Notes: generated from the sequence alone by a model not told the origin. 64,000 bases of DNA from Chiloscyllium plagiosum (GCF_004010195.1 NC_057759.1:1681069-1745068); one strand, 5' to 3'; shown: positions 12,800-26,190, counted from the stretch's first letter. Numbers and translations: made by a program.

Positions 12800-14815
12800 A
12801 TTTTGTGATTGCTGACAGTGATCTGCATCCCCATCCCATGTGGAAATGAAGAGAGTACTTGATGTAGAGTACAATGCTGCAAAGAGTCTTGAGATAGAAT
12901 ACTCTCAGGCCCTGTTAATCATAGACAGTAAGTTCAACCAGGCCACCTTCAAGAACATGCCCCGAAAATACCATCAGCCATCTTCTGTCACACTGGAGGC
13001 CCGAAAATTCTTGCTCATTGAGGGACAATCATCAAAGGCGCCGAATGCTCCATTCCATCCACATTTTGGTGAACCAGATCATAATGCTGCGCTCCTATTC
13101 CCTACTGACAAACACAAATTGAAGAGAGAGTATCCAGTAGAGAAAGTAATGTAGTTTTGGTCTGAGACAAGGAAAAGCTTCTAGTGGCCTGCTTACAGTC
13201 ACTGGACTGTCCATATTCAACAACTTAGCGGCCAAACTGAGCAAACTGCCACACTGTTTAGACTTTAGTAGTAAGCATGTAGCAGACTGTGTGTTAAAGA
13301 TGTAAATTCCAGTCTTCTCCAACGGGAAACCACAGATGAACTAGGAAGTCCACTCCCTACTGCGGGTATGAGGTTTTCAACTAGGGCAGCGTTGACCTGT
13401 CCAGGGAATCCAGATACAACCTCTATAAGGACATCAGGAATGCTAAGAGGCACCACCAAGCTAAGCACAAGATCCAGACCAACCACACAGACACCTGTCA
13501 TTTGTGGCAACGCTTACATAACGTAGAGCGAAATTGAACAGAATCACGGACAAAACTACACCCCAAATAGTGAGGTCAACGCATTCTACGCTCGCTTTGA
13601 ACAGTAGATCAGTGAATTAATGTCACCTCTCCCAACAGTCTCGGATTAACCTGTACCTACGCTCACCACCACAGACATCATATCAGCCTTCTTCAGAGTG
13701 AACCCATGGAAAAGTACTGGCCCGAATGGAGTCCCTGGACATACCCTCAGATCCTGAATTGACCAGCTGCGGGGCGAGTACTCAAATGCATCCTTAACCT
13801 CTCCTTATTATGATGTGACGTTCCCAGCCTATTCAAAAAGTACACCACCAATCTGCTGCCAAAGAAAAATCATGCAGTGTGCCTCAATGACTACCGCTTA
13901 GTGGCTGTGCCCTTCGTAATTATCCATTATCTTCAATCGTTTAGTCATGGCTCACACAAACTACAGCCTACCAATTACCTTGATTCTTTACAATTCACCT
14001 TCCAGCACAACAGCTCTACTGCAGACATCACCTCCTGGCTCTACTCTCATCCCTGGAACATCTGGATAACAAGGACACTTACATCACGTTCAAAATTACT
14101 GACTACAGCTCCAGCTCCAACGCCATAATTCCAAACAAACTGATCTGGATGCTCAATCAGTAAGAATAGACAACGATATCTCCTCAACTGTAATCCTCAA
14201 CACCAGTGATCGTCAAAGCTGCGTACTCAGCATCCTACCATTCTTCCCTATACAATTATGACTGTGTAATTACATTCCACCCCAAATCCAATTACAGATG
14301 TGCTAACAATACCACGCTTGTACGATGGATCTCAAACAATGAGGAGACAGAACACAGGAAAGAGATTGTGTGCTTAGCTGTATGATGCACAGACGACAAT
14401 CTCTCCATCAACATTAGTAAAACGAAGGAGCTGAATATTGACATCAGGAAGCAGAGTGTTGGGCACCTCCAGTGTGCTTCAAAGGTGCTTAGCAGGAGCT
14501 GGTGCACAGTGTCAAGCTGCTGGGAGTGATGGTCATCAACAGCCAGGTTCTTGTCCACCCACGTGGACGCGATGGTCAAGAAAACATAACAACATCTCAA
14601 CTTCCTCAGGATGCTAAATAAATTTGGTATGTCCACAAGCACTCTTGCCAGTTTTTACAGAGGTACCACAGAAAGCATCCTATTTGGATGCATCTCAGCG
14701 CAATATGGCAACTGCTCAAGGAATTACAGAGAGTCTTAAGCACAGCTCAATTCAGTTCACAAATCTTCCTTCCATCCGTTGACTCCATCTATACTTCCTG
14801 CTGCCTCCGGGAAAT
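12800..14815 (+). mobile_element. Rex1/Babar-type LINE, decayed (endonuclease plus RT)
   Basis: FNQATFKNMPRKYHQ, HPHFGEPDHNAALL and CLNDYRLVA motifs, plus a TISSTVILNT-like RT segment at ~14175-14205. Confidence 0.85.
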
Positions 14816-14829
14816 GGCATGGGAACACC

Positions 14830-15465
14830 TGTCTTTGTTAGCTGAGAGTTTAAGAGCAGGAAGTTTGTTCTGGGACTGTATGAAACATCGGCTAGTCCAC
14901 TCAACGAGACTAACGTATGCAGTTCTGGAATCAACATTCCAGAAGAGGTGTAATAGCACTCGGAGAGGGCGTGGAGGGAGAATTACTAGGATGTTGTCTC
15001 AGGGCTGGAGAGTTTCAGTGATGGAAAGAGATTGGACAGACTGGGTTGCTTTCCTTAGAGCAGAAGAGATTGAGAGGGGGGCATGGTTGAGATGTAAAAT
15101 CACGGCCAGAAATAGGATAGACAGGAAGAAACCTTTCGCCTTTGATGGAGGGAGTAATAACTGGGATGGGGAATGGGCGTGAGGGGAAGGAAGGTGCATA
15201 CATCCAAAGTAAAGGGCAGAAGGTTTAGAGAGGGATATGAGGAAAACCTTGCTTACACCGAGCTGGACGAGAATCAGGAACTTACTGCCCGTAAAGGTAG
15301 GAGAGGCAAAAACTATGATCACATTAAAAAAGTGTTTAGATATCCACTTGAGACGCCAAAGCTATGGGGCCACGTGCTAGGGAAATGGGATTTGAAAATA
15401 GTGAGGTGGCCGTTTTTGAGTAGAACAGATCTGATGGATTGAAGAGCCTTTTGCTGTACTGTAGA
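14830..15465 (+). mobile_element. Old CR1/L2-type LINE 3' fragment shared by both arms (mirror 62960-63650)
   Basis: gagagaattactaggatgttg-like core and 3' UTR. Mirrored in the right arm. Confidence 0.75.
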
Positions 15466-15845
15466 TCTCGAGGACTGTACGTTTCTAAGCTTTATAATTT
15501 TTAAAAAGATACTAATGGCCATAATACACTTTTGACATTTCAAACAACAGAACCTGACAATGTAACCATGGTCATGTTGAATATTGTAATTCTCACAACG
15601 TTAGTTATGGAAACTGCTGGGAAATATAATCAGCAAATCAGTGGAACTTCGTGACAGTTACAAAAAAAAAAAGAGAGAAATGAGAAGATTAACTTTTAAA
15701 ATAATGTCTATAAAGCTGTACACAAATTTCAGCATAAAGTTTGGTAAGCTGGTTATCATCAGTTTTACTGATAATCAAGTGTAAACGTATTAACGAAGTA
15801 ATTTTGATGTTAATGATTTATTGCATTCCAATTTCTTATACTCAC

Positions 15846-15880
15846 ATATCTCCTGCATTTTGACAGCACTTGGAAATGAA
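15846..15880 (-). pseudogene. Leader mini-exon (35 bp here, 36 bp in the paralog) of the LRC-type receptor, left copy
   Basis: ctgttttccattAG ... GTgagt. Mirror of 62583-62618 and 1 bp shorter. Confidence 0.55.
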
Positions 15881-16152
15881 CTAATGGAAAACAGTAAAAG
15901 AATAGCTTAATATTAATATTTTCCTCTTGACAAATCTGGAGACTGACATACATGTAAATTTCTGTGATGTGACATTTGGGTGGTGGAGGTCAGAGAAGGG
16001 AGTATAATTTTTTTTTCAAGATCGTGAAACGTGTTTAAAATTGGTGTAATGCTTGTTAAAGATACTTCAGGTTGAGTTTTAACGGTCATTCCTTCAGAGA
16101 GTTTTGTTAATATGTTACTTTGAATGTTGTGCACACATAATTTTAAAAAAAC

Positions 16153-16214
16153 TGATTATACATAATAGTAGCGTAGCAGTGCATGAGCTCTCTCATCACC
16201 ACTCTCCCACCAGT
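16153..16214 (-). pseudogene. Leader exon 1 of the LRC-type receptor, left copy
   Basis: Polypyrimidine acceptor, hydrophobic read CTATLLLCII ending in a phase-1 GT. Mirror of 62237-62301. Confidence 0.45.
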
Positions 16215-16469
16215 CTGCATTAATAAGGAATAGACAAAAAAGGAAATGACCTGGTCGAGCTGACAAAATAACAAATCCATCAATACATTAGCATGAGTAA
16301 CTGTGATTGAAGTAAAAATCTGTCGAATTATTTTGTGGCCAGTTAGGAAACAGCACGGGGGAAACCGTCATTGGTGTGAATTAATTTTAGAACACAAACT
16401 TATAATAAACATTTTTACCACATTGTAATCAAGAAAACGCTGATACAATGAATGTGGATAATGTCACAG

Positions 16470-17150
16470 AGGCACAGGCATACAGCACGGAAATAGACCC
16501 TGCTGTCCAACTCACCCATGCCAACCAGCCATCCCAATCTAACATCGCCCCATCTGCCATTTGGCCCATATCCCTCTAAATCATGCCTTTTAAATGTTGT
16601 TATTGGACCTGCGTGCACCACCTCCACTGACTGCTCGAACAATACACACACCATTTTGTGCATGAAAATAGTACTCATCAAGTGTCTTTTAAAATATTTC
16701 CTCTCTCACCTTAAACTTATGTCCTCTAGCTTTGGATTCCTCATCCTGAGGATAAACAACTTGGTTATTCACGCTACCCATGCCCGTCGTCATTTTATAA
16801 ACTCCTATAATATCACCCCTCTGCCTCCAGCACTGCAGGAAAAGAAAGCCCTAGCCCATTTAGCCCCTCCCTATAACTCAAACCGACCTGTTCTTCTGTT
16901 ACATGTTCTTTTTCATTCTAAAAGTTGGAAATCTTATCGGCACCCACTCAAGTTGAACACAATCTTTCCAAAGAAGTGTGACTAAGGTTATAGTCAGTAT
17001 TCTAAGAGTGGCCTCAACAAATTGCAGTACAGCAGCAACATGACATCCCAAATCCTGTACTCAATGTTGTGACCAATGAAGATAAGAATGCTAAAGGTCT
17101 TCTTCACCACTCTGTCCACCTGTGTCTCCACTTTCAAGGAACGATGAACC
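16470..17150 (-). mobile_element. Old CR1-type LINE 3' fragment shared by both arms (mirror 61300-61985)
   Basis: VEVVHAGPITTFKRH motif. Same position and mirrored orientation in both arms. Confidence 0.8.
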
Positions 17151-17293
17151 TACCACGTCACGTACTTCTCTAAAATACATAAAGGGGCTGCTATCCCCTT
17201 TATGTTAAACACACCATTGGTTATTCTATACGACACATGTGGGGCCGTCTATTTCTGTAAAACATCTGTTTAACCTTCAACCAAAATAATCCA

Positions 17294-18106
17294 GAAATTT
17301 GGGTATCTTTTCTGCACCTTGCTAGATGCACCATTCCATTTGTATATTTTACTCTCAAGGAATATGAATCTTCTATCATACCTGAAGTGTGTATTTATAA
17401 AGTTCCCCATCACATATTGGCAAAAATTACTCCCGATGAACTATCCCTTTGATATGCATATTTCTTTTGTTCAGCTGTCAGATGAATGACGTCACATTCA
17501 AACTTGAAATAAAGCCCCCAGTGAAACTTATGCAAATAATCGCACAAGCTGCCAAAGAAATTTCAGAGATGTTGTGACAAAGGCAGAGCAAGGTGGGGCC
17601 TGCCATTCTCTATAATACACATAGGGACTGCTAATCAGTAATAAATTAATAATGAGCAATTATACAGTTTATGTGGAGACTCAACAATCAAATCACCATT
17701 AATATGCAGCATGTGTACAATATGTTTTCCTAAGATAGTGCATTGAGGCACCAACCTAGGATTGGACCAGGTTGGATGCAATACTTCAGAGTTAATTAAT
17801 ATCTGCTCTTTAAATATGCCTATGGGAAGTAGTGACCATGACATCGTAGAATTCTGCGAAGTAGTGACTTTAATATTTACCGGGCTTTATTTCAAGTTTG
17901 AATGTGACGTCATTCATCTGAAAGCTGAACAAAAGAAATATGCATATCAAAGGGATAGTTCATCGGGAGTAATTTTTGCCAATATGTGATGGGGAACTTT
18001 ATAAATACACACTTCAGGTATGATAGAAGATTCATATTCCTTGAGTGTACAAATATACAAATGGAATGGTGCATCTAGCAAGGTGGAGAAAAGATACCCA
18101 AATTTC
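17294..18106. repeat. Near-perfect ~225-bp inverted repeat (17294-17517 / 17882-18106), 364-bp spacer
   Basis: Direct reverse-complement reading shows only a few mismatches or indels. Confidence 0.95.
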
Positions 18107-19649
18107 ATCAGTTGAAAGCAGGCAAATTGTAAGACTGTCAGAAACAATGGGAAGCCTGAAGATTGGGAGTAATTAAGGACCCAGCATAAAACTATCAAGA
18201 AATTGTTGAGGAAAGGAAATCAATACAAATCCAAGCAAGTGATGAATATAAAGATGGATGGAAAAGTATTTTTTTTAATGATACAGTGAAAGGAAAATAA
18301 ATTAAACAACTTAAATGTGGATCCATCACAGATGACGGTAGGAAAATTACACTAGCAAACAGGACAGTAGAGCTAACAGTCTTGCAGAGATCACTGGAAC
18401 ATACAAAACAGGCCTTTCGACTCTCCAGCCTACTCTGCAATTCAACAGGATCATGGCTGTTCGGGCATTCTTCACATTCACTTTCCCACCCTTTCCCTGA
18501 TGACAGTTGATTCCTCTATGAACCAAAACTATATCTACCTTAGCCTTAAACATACACAAGGACTCTGCCCCCCACACCACTCTTAACAGCAAGGAGTTCT
18601 AAAGACTCGCGATTCTCTGAAAGAAGAAACTCCTCCACATCTCAGTCTTCAATTGGTGCTACTTTATTCTAACACTATGCCGTTTTGTCGTAGACTCGCC
18701 CATGAGGGGAAATGTCCTCTCAGCATTGACCCCATCAAGCCGCTGAGGAATCCTACCTGTTTCAATTGGATCACCCCTCATTCTTCTAAACTCTAGTGAA
18801 TAGAGTGCCAAACTGTTTAACCCGCAAGGAAAATGATCCAGCAAATCATCCAGGTGAAAGTGATGCAGAGAAATATACAAAGTGCCAAAGAAATTTCAGA
18901 GAGGTTGTGACAAATAAAAAGTGATAGTTCATATAAAAATATTGAGAGTGAGGGATAGTAAATATCCTTAACTGATTGATGTTAATGATAGTGGTGACGA
19001 AACAGCAAAGAATAATTGACACATTGTTGGCTACCTTTTGTAAATCTGTACATGCTGCAACTGGTCATGCTGACTCAAACATATTTAACATAAAACCTTA
19101 CATAGCAAGGAAAAGGGGTAAATGGAGATCTTTGTTAACTTGATGATCAGAATAGAGAACATATTAGAATCTAATAGGGAGAATCTAGTAACGGAGTGGA
19201 GCAAAAATAGTAAAATTGGACAGAGCCAACATTATTGTGTTAACAGAACATAGAACATTACAGCGCAGTGCAGGCCCTTCAGTCCTCGATGTTGCACCGA
19301 CCTTTGGAATGAATCTGAAGCTCTACAGTCTAACCTCATCCATATGCCTACCCAATGACCATTTAAATGCCCGTTAATGGGAATCATGCTTGAGAAAACT
19401 GATGGAGCATTTTAAGCATATTCATTGCAACATTTGTAAATGAAAAACTGAGAAGTGAATAGCTTCTCAGAAGGCTTTTCATAAGATCCCACACAGGCTG
19501 CCAACAAAAATAAGTACAGAGCATGAATTGAATAGTAAGGTTTGAAAATTGATGAGTATAGAGAAAGCAGAAAGGAGGAAAGAATGAGTCATTCTCAGGA
19601 GGCAAGCTTTTCTCACAGGTCATCATAACCATGAGGCATCATGAGTCTC

Positions 19650-20310
19650 GAGATCCTTAAAGGTGTCAGCACAGGCAGCCAGAGTGGTGAAGAAGGCATT
19701 TGGCCTACAGCATGGGTGTAGAGTATAGGAGCAGGAAAATCTTGTTGCAATTTTACAGGCCATGGGTTAGAACACACATGGAACACTGTGTGCAGTTCTA
19801 GTTGCCACTATATCTGAGAGACGTGATAGCACTGGAGAGAGTGAAGAGGAAATACACTAGGTTGTTGCCTGGGATGGAAAGTTTCAGTTTTTTTGGGAGA
19901 CGTTGGATAGGCTGAGTTTGTCTTTCCTGGGGAAGAGGAGGTGGGGGGATCTGATTGAAGAATACAAGTTAATGAAGCATAAACTGAGAAGGATGTTGAA
20001 ATCCTTTACCCATGACAGACCTGTCTATGATCAGAATCCTTAAGCTTAAGGTGAGGAATAAGTGGCTTTTAAGTGTCAGGAAACTTTTTATTTGTTCCAG
20101 ACGGTGGTAAAAAAATGGACCTTCCTGGCTGAGATGTTGATGTAATCAGATACTATTACAACATGGAATCAGCATCTGGACAAGCAATCCAAATAGCAGG
20201 GGAGCGTGGGTTATGGATAAAGTGTAAGAAAATGGGATCCGTCTGTTTGTCAGAATGGACATGGAGGGTGAAAGGACCTGTTTCTATGCTGTATGACTCT
20301 ACGTCTCTGA
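19650..20310 (+). mobile_element. CR1-type LINE 3' fragment, left-arm specific
   Basis: gtggtgaagaaggcatttgg ... ctgtatgactcta tail. Confidence 0.8.
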
Positions 20311-21767
20311 TTCTGTGACAAGGATCAGGCCCATGGCTCAGCAACATTTCAATGATTTGGATGACGAGGCAAATGTTAATATTTCCAACATTGATGAAGG
20401 AATAGGGCTATTCAGGCTCTCGAGCCTGTTCCACATTCACTAGGACCATGGCAAATCCAACACCCCTAAAGTGATATTGCTGCAAATTCAGGAATATGAA
20501 TACCTCATTAAAGTCTTCAATTCTTTTATTGTCAGCTCGCATCCACTTTTCCTTCCACAAATATTCCAAAACCTGTCTGCCTCAATTTAAATATATTTAG
20601 GCATGCGAATACATTGCTTTCGCTGTTAAGAACTTTCCAGAAGTCCAATTTAGTTCAGTCTGCCCCACGGTAACATTCACTCCTATTCTGCCTCTCAATT
20701 TGAGTCAGGTTATCTTTGCTTTGACTACATATTAGATTGGATTTTCCTTTCAGTTATTTAATTAATTTCTTAGTTCAAAGTTGTACAATTTGTAGTCACT
20801 TCAACGTGATCCACCTCTTCATAAAAAATCAAATCAACACTAGTTTTTCCGAAGAAATTTCATATATCATCTAGAATTTCATCGGGTTTATAAAGACATC
20901 TCTCTCTCCTTCTGTATCTTATTGAATTGATTTCCTTTCCTGCTTGTCTTTCTGACTGGTTGGAAGGTAACAGTCTGTCTTGAGCAAGTTCCCTGCAGAA
21001 CTGAGATGACAACATAAGTTGTCATGTGGTTTCCCAAAGCTGTTTCTGTCATCCATGCTCGTGGGGCAAGTTATTGATAAACATAAAAAAAGACAACATT
21101 GTTGGGCAGTCAGCACAGAGACAGTGTGTGGAAGTGAGAGAGCCCCAAGATCCCTCAGCTAGCTTACAAACGGGGCCAACTGTAGCTCAGTTGTCTGAAA
21201 AGATGGCCTGTGATGCATGTTCGGAAGAATAGAGGCATGGACTATTTTATAAATGGGAAGAAAATTCAGAAATTAGAAGTGCAAAGAGACTTGCGAGTCC
21301 TAGTCCAGGTTTCTCTGAAAGTAAACTTGTAGATTGAGTTGGTCATTAGGAGGGTTAGGAAGGTTAGGAAAGTTAGGAAGGTATATACAATGTTGTCAGT
21401 CGCCTCAACAGCAAGAGAATATAAAAGCAGGGATGTACTTTGGAGGCTTTATAATGCTCCTGTCAGACCACCTTTAGAGTATTGCGATCAATTTGAGTCC
21501 CATACCTCAGGAAGGACGTATTGGCCCTAGAGAAGGTTCAGAGGATGTTCACGAGAATGATCTCAGGAATGCAAGGTTTAACATATTAGGAAGGTTTGAG
21601 GACTCTGAGACTCTACTCCATGGAGTTTAGAAGGATGCGGGGGGAATCTGTGAAACTTCCAAAATACTGAATAACCTGGATAGAAAGGACGTTGGGAAGA
21701 TGTTTCCATTGGCAGGAGAGAATAGGACCAGAGGGCGCAGCCTATGGGTAAAGTGAAGGCCTTTTCG

Positions 21768-22053
21768 ATTAGATTACTTTAGATTAGATTAGACTACTTA
21801 CAATGTGGAAACAGGCCCTTCAGCCCAACAAGTCCACACCAACCCTCCGAAGAGTAATCCACCCATTCCCCTACATTTACCTCTTCACCTAACACTATGG
21901 GCAATTTAGTATGGCTAATTCACCGAAACTGCACATTTTTGGACCGTGGGAGGAAACCGGAGGAAACCCACGCAGACACGGGGAGAATGTGCAAACTCCA
22001 CACAGACAGTTGCCTGAGGCTTGAATTGAACCCGGGTCTCTGGTGCTGTGAGG
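21768..22053 (-). mobile_element. HE1-like SINE with (gatta)n tail, left-arm specific
   Basis: ggaggaaacccacgcagacacggggagaatgtgcaaactccacacag core and gattagattac repeats at 21768-21800. Confidence 0.9.
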
Positions 22054-23446
22054 CGCATTCTACATCAAGTGCAGTCTCAACTTTCACATGGGATGCTGGG
22101 ATGTAGGCTGCTGTCAGCAATCACTAAATCGATGGTCTCCATTGTGAATCCAAGTACAGCGCATTTCAATGTTTTGTAAAGTGCTTGATATTGATTTTTC
22201 AGTGGCTCATGATCACAGGAATCGTTTACAGGAAGTCAGCCATTTGTTGAAGCGTGTTGCAAAATGACATTCTCCCAGCTCCTACATAGTGTTCAGTGTT
22301 TATTGAAGTTTTTATTTCAGTAATAATGGCCAGAGATGTGGAAAAAGGAAAATAGAACCGCAGTTGTCTAAAGGAGCTCCGAGGCAGTCGAAGATTCACT
22401 CTATTCGAGCACATGTTAATTGTAAAATGAACATATTTTGTTATATCTCAACCATTTCGATCATATTTTAGTAACGTTTTACCTGCATATCACTTATCTG
22501 ATTAACGTAGCTCCCTTTTACCTTTCAATTCAATGATCAGAACACTGGCTAAATTATTCATGTTGCAGGTTTGCTCAATACATTCAGTTCAGCAGCTTCA
22601 TCCTTGCCTTTCCCTCCAGCGTAAGATCAGGAGTGTTTGGCGATGATAGTATAATGTTCGGCACCATTTACCACTGCTTAGATACTGAGGCAAACCATGT
22701 ACAAATGCAAAAAGATCTCGACAAGATCCAGGCTTGGCCTGAAAGCAGCATGGCAAGCACCGGCCATCTCTCTCCGGGCATGTTTTCAAATCTTCTGACT
22801 TTCTCTGTCAGTTCATGTGAAAGGACAAGCCTTGTAGAATGGAGATGAGCAGGAATTTCTTTGTCCGGATGGGAGCGATTCTGTGGATTATGTTTTGCTG
22901 TAGTGAGTCGTGGGGGTCAAGGTATTGAGTGACTTTAAGACAGAGATAGATCGGTTCTTGATTGATGAGGGGATCAAGAGTTGCAGGGAGAAGACAGGAG
23001 AATAGAGTTGAGAAACAGTTCAGCCAAGAGCAAATGATGGAGCAGGCCAAATGGACTGAATGGCCTAATTCTGCTCCTTTATCTTGCAGCCTTCTGTCTG
23101 CTAGACCAGATAGGGACCATAGATTTTCATCGCTGAAGGACATTAATGAACCAGGCGGGACAAACAACAGGGCAAATAATTTGAAGAAAGTGAAAATAAT
23201 AACCTCCCTTATGGGACTGTAGAATAATTAAAGAATATTTCACATACAGCAACATGTCACAGTTGTCTCTCGCAGGAAATCAGTCTGCCCTATTCCAATG
23301 CCAATTGTTAATTCTTCCATATGTTTATTTTCTTTGGCAACTTGTCCATTTCACAGTTGAGAGCCACACGTGTATATATTTATGCAAAAGGAGAACGTCC
23401 ACTTCCAAACCTCTTGCAGAGTGAAAGAAAGCTTGCTCATTTCCAC

Positions 23447-23728
23447 CTTCTACATTCAGTTTGCAATCACGATTCTTGCAACTTCCCCAAACGGAAACTG
23501 TGCACCGGTCTCTATTTCTCTGTGCAAATAGCTTTGGCATTGAGTATCTCCCACCAACATCCTGTCAAAATAGATTTCTTCAAAAAAGGGAAATTCCATC
23601 ATCTCGTATCCACGCAACTGAAGGAAGGTTATTTCTCCTTTGAACTAACTTTATGCCATTTTCATATGAAGCCTCTCCAAAGTTGCAAAATAAAACAGGA
23701 TAAAGAGCGATGGATGGGTGCTGGAGTT
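23447..23728 (-). pseudogene. Butyrophilin/B7-like IgC exon, left copy (282 bp, phase 1-1)
   Basis: ctgtttcAG | ELQHPSIALYPVLFCNFGEASYENGIKLVQRRNNLPSVAWIRDDGISLF*RNLF*QDVGGRYSMPKLFAQRNRDRCTVSVWGSCKNRDCKLNVE | GTgga. YENGIKLV, WIxDDG, QDxxGxYS and the final Cys match the BTN/B7 C-domain pattern. Two stops. Confidence 0.6.
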
Positions 23729-25352
23729 CTGAAACAGCCACAAACAGAACGTTTAAGAAGAGTTCGAAACAAATGCGTATACTTAACTCCTCGTAAATAG
23801 TCTCTTAAAGCCAAACTTGACCTTTTCATTGTTGATCACCACTAACCCAATCTCATTCTGCAAGGACGATCAGTGCATCATTTCATTGCGTATACTCTCA
23901 TTTTATTTGTACATTTTAAATGTACTCATTTCGTCTTCATGGCATTTATAACAGATTCTTTTTTTAATGACCTGCTTAAAATTTCAAGCTAGAAATAATC
24001 AAAGAGTTTGCAAAGGCTTTTTTTTTATTTCTTTGCAAATTGTACAAAGTTCAACATTATATTAATGGCTCCACGTATTTGCAACTTTGAATGAAAGCCT
24101 GTAAAGAGTACGTGATTTGTAAAATACTGAAAAGCTCACCATCTGGGCATTTTTGGAAACAACAATTAAAAGCAGCAACTATAGCAGGTTTAAAACTGAA
24201 AGTGGCAAAACCCAGGTAATGTCAAATACACGAGAAAGAATAAAATAGACAAACAAGCAAAAGCAGGTATCCAGCTCTTAAACTTGACCATATCTATTTT
24301 TAGTTTTAAACACTGGAGCTAAAAGCTTGGCAAACTTGATTCTGGTTTTAAAATCATTCAATTTCCCTTGTGCTTAAATCTTCACAAATTACTGAAGGAT
24401 ATCTCTTAACCTGGAGGAGCAAGTAGAGTGTGTGATGAACACCCATCACAGAAAAAAATTTCTTCAGCCAGAGGCAGGTGAATCTGTGGAATACAATGCC
24501 GCAGAGGCCTGTGGAGGCCATGTCATTCAGTGTATTTAAGACAGGTATAGACAGGTTCTTGATTTAACGGATTAAAAGTTGCAAACAGAAGGCAAGAGAA
24601 ACATGTCAGCTACAGTCAAATAGCGGAGCAGACTCAGTGGGTTGAATGGCCTAATACTGCTCTGATGTTTTGTGGTCTAACACGCATGCGCATCATTGCT
24701 TGTGCTGTCATAGTTTATGTCGAGTTTAGGATTTAGAGAAGGATAGAATACATTGGATCACATTACTTACTGTGTAAGTAGATGTTTTCATAGTAATTAT
24801 TAACGTCACAGAGGCCTACAATATATTATGAGGCTCTTCAACCCATGGATTCTGCACCATCAAAAACAAACCAATTCCACTTTACCAGCACTTGGTCCAT
24901 AGCCTTGGCAACGCAAGTGCAAATCTAAATCCTTCTACAACGTGATGAGGATTTCAACCTTTCCCACCCTTATTGTCAATGAGTTCCAGATTCTCCATCA
25001 TCCTCTGGGGAAACTGATTGTCTTCACATACCCTCTGAACCTTCTGTCTGAGTTGTTGTGTTGTTCTGTTATCAAGTGATTAACATCCTCACAAGTGGGT
25101 CCAGCACACATTTATTTGTCAGGAGACATTTTGAAGCAAGTTACTGTCTCTCAATCCTGTGATTGTGATTTCATACATTATGGATCTTCGGCAAGTTACA
25201 GAAATCAACAGCAAAATCATAGTGTTGTCGAAATGTTGAGTCTTAAAGGAATTTGGGGCTATTTTTACAATCTTCCCACTGACCACGTTAACAATTAAAT
25301 AGAAAATCTTGAAACCTGATTTAACCAAAAGAACTGCACTGCATGATTTCAC

Positions 25353-25705
25353 CGTATTAACAAAACTAGGATATTTCTTGGAAAGAAATGACTTGTCGCA
25401 AAACCGATAAGCACTGTGAATCGATTCATATACTTATTTCCAGTGTATACTGCACATTCGGGTTCAATTCTTAATTCCCTGAGCAACGATCGTCAAACTT
25501 GTATTCTTCCCAACGGAGGGAACATAGTTATGCCACAATCCTCTTGAAAATTCTCCAAAACTCCAGACTTTTCAAGAGAAATTAATATTTTTCACAGAGT
25601 CTCCTGAATCTCTTTCCCCAGTCATTTCTGATAGTTTTAATTGGGTTTTGCTCCTTTTGGAAGATGATGTTTGTCTCTCCAGAATTTCAAAGGTTATGGT
25701 GAGAT
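25353..25705 (-). pseudogene. Second exon-like conserved block (possible extra V-type domain), left copy
   Basis: AG/GT-bounded 353 bp, conserved with 54337-54705. Fragments GKNTSLTI / LLRELRIEPECAVY. Confidence 0.3.
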
Positions 25706-25764
25706 CTAATTGAAGGTTACAAGCAATTAACAGGAAAAGGCAGAGCTAAACTAATTGAGTTGGA

Positions 25765-26065
25765 TGATGGCTCAGTGGTTAGCATTGTTGCCTCCCAGCA
25801 CCAGGAACCATGGTCTGATTCCAACTTTGTCTTACCGCCTGCTTGGAGCTTAGACGTTCTCCCTGTGTCTGTGGGTGCTCTGGCTTCCTCCCACAATTCA
25901 AAGAGATGCAGGTTTAGTGGTATGGCCGTGTTAAAATTGCCATGTTCTATCAAGGGATGTACAGGCTTTGTGGGTTCGTCATGGCGGGAGGTATTGAATG
26001 GCCTTTGGGCATCCATGCGCACTTGATCGACAGAATGGTCTCTATCTGCACTGTAGGGATTCTGA
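25765..26065 (+). mobile_element. HE1-like SINE, old, shared by both arms (mirror 53985-54275)
   Basis: tggctcagtggttagcattg head and ctgtagggattct tail. Confidence 0.8.
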
Positions 26066-26190
26066 TTAGAAAATTTAATTTCCTATTGGCCTTTTTTTAT
26101 GCGACGTGGATATTTCTGACAAGGCCATAAATTGTTGCCCATTCTGGATTGCTTTTGAAACTATTTCAACGGGTTAGGAAAAGTTTTTAC

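Noticed and set aside
23321..23800. 159-aa plus-strand ORF as a novel protein
   Set aside because: The frame is broken in the mirrored copy. The splice-bounded, motif-bearing reading is on the minus strand (IgC exon).
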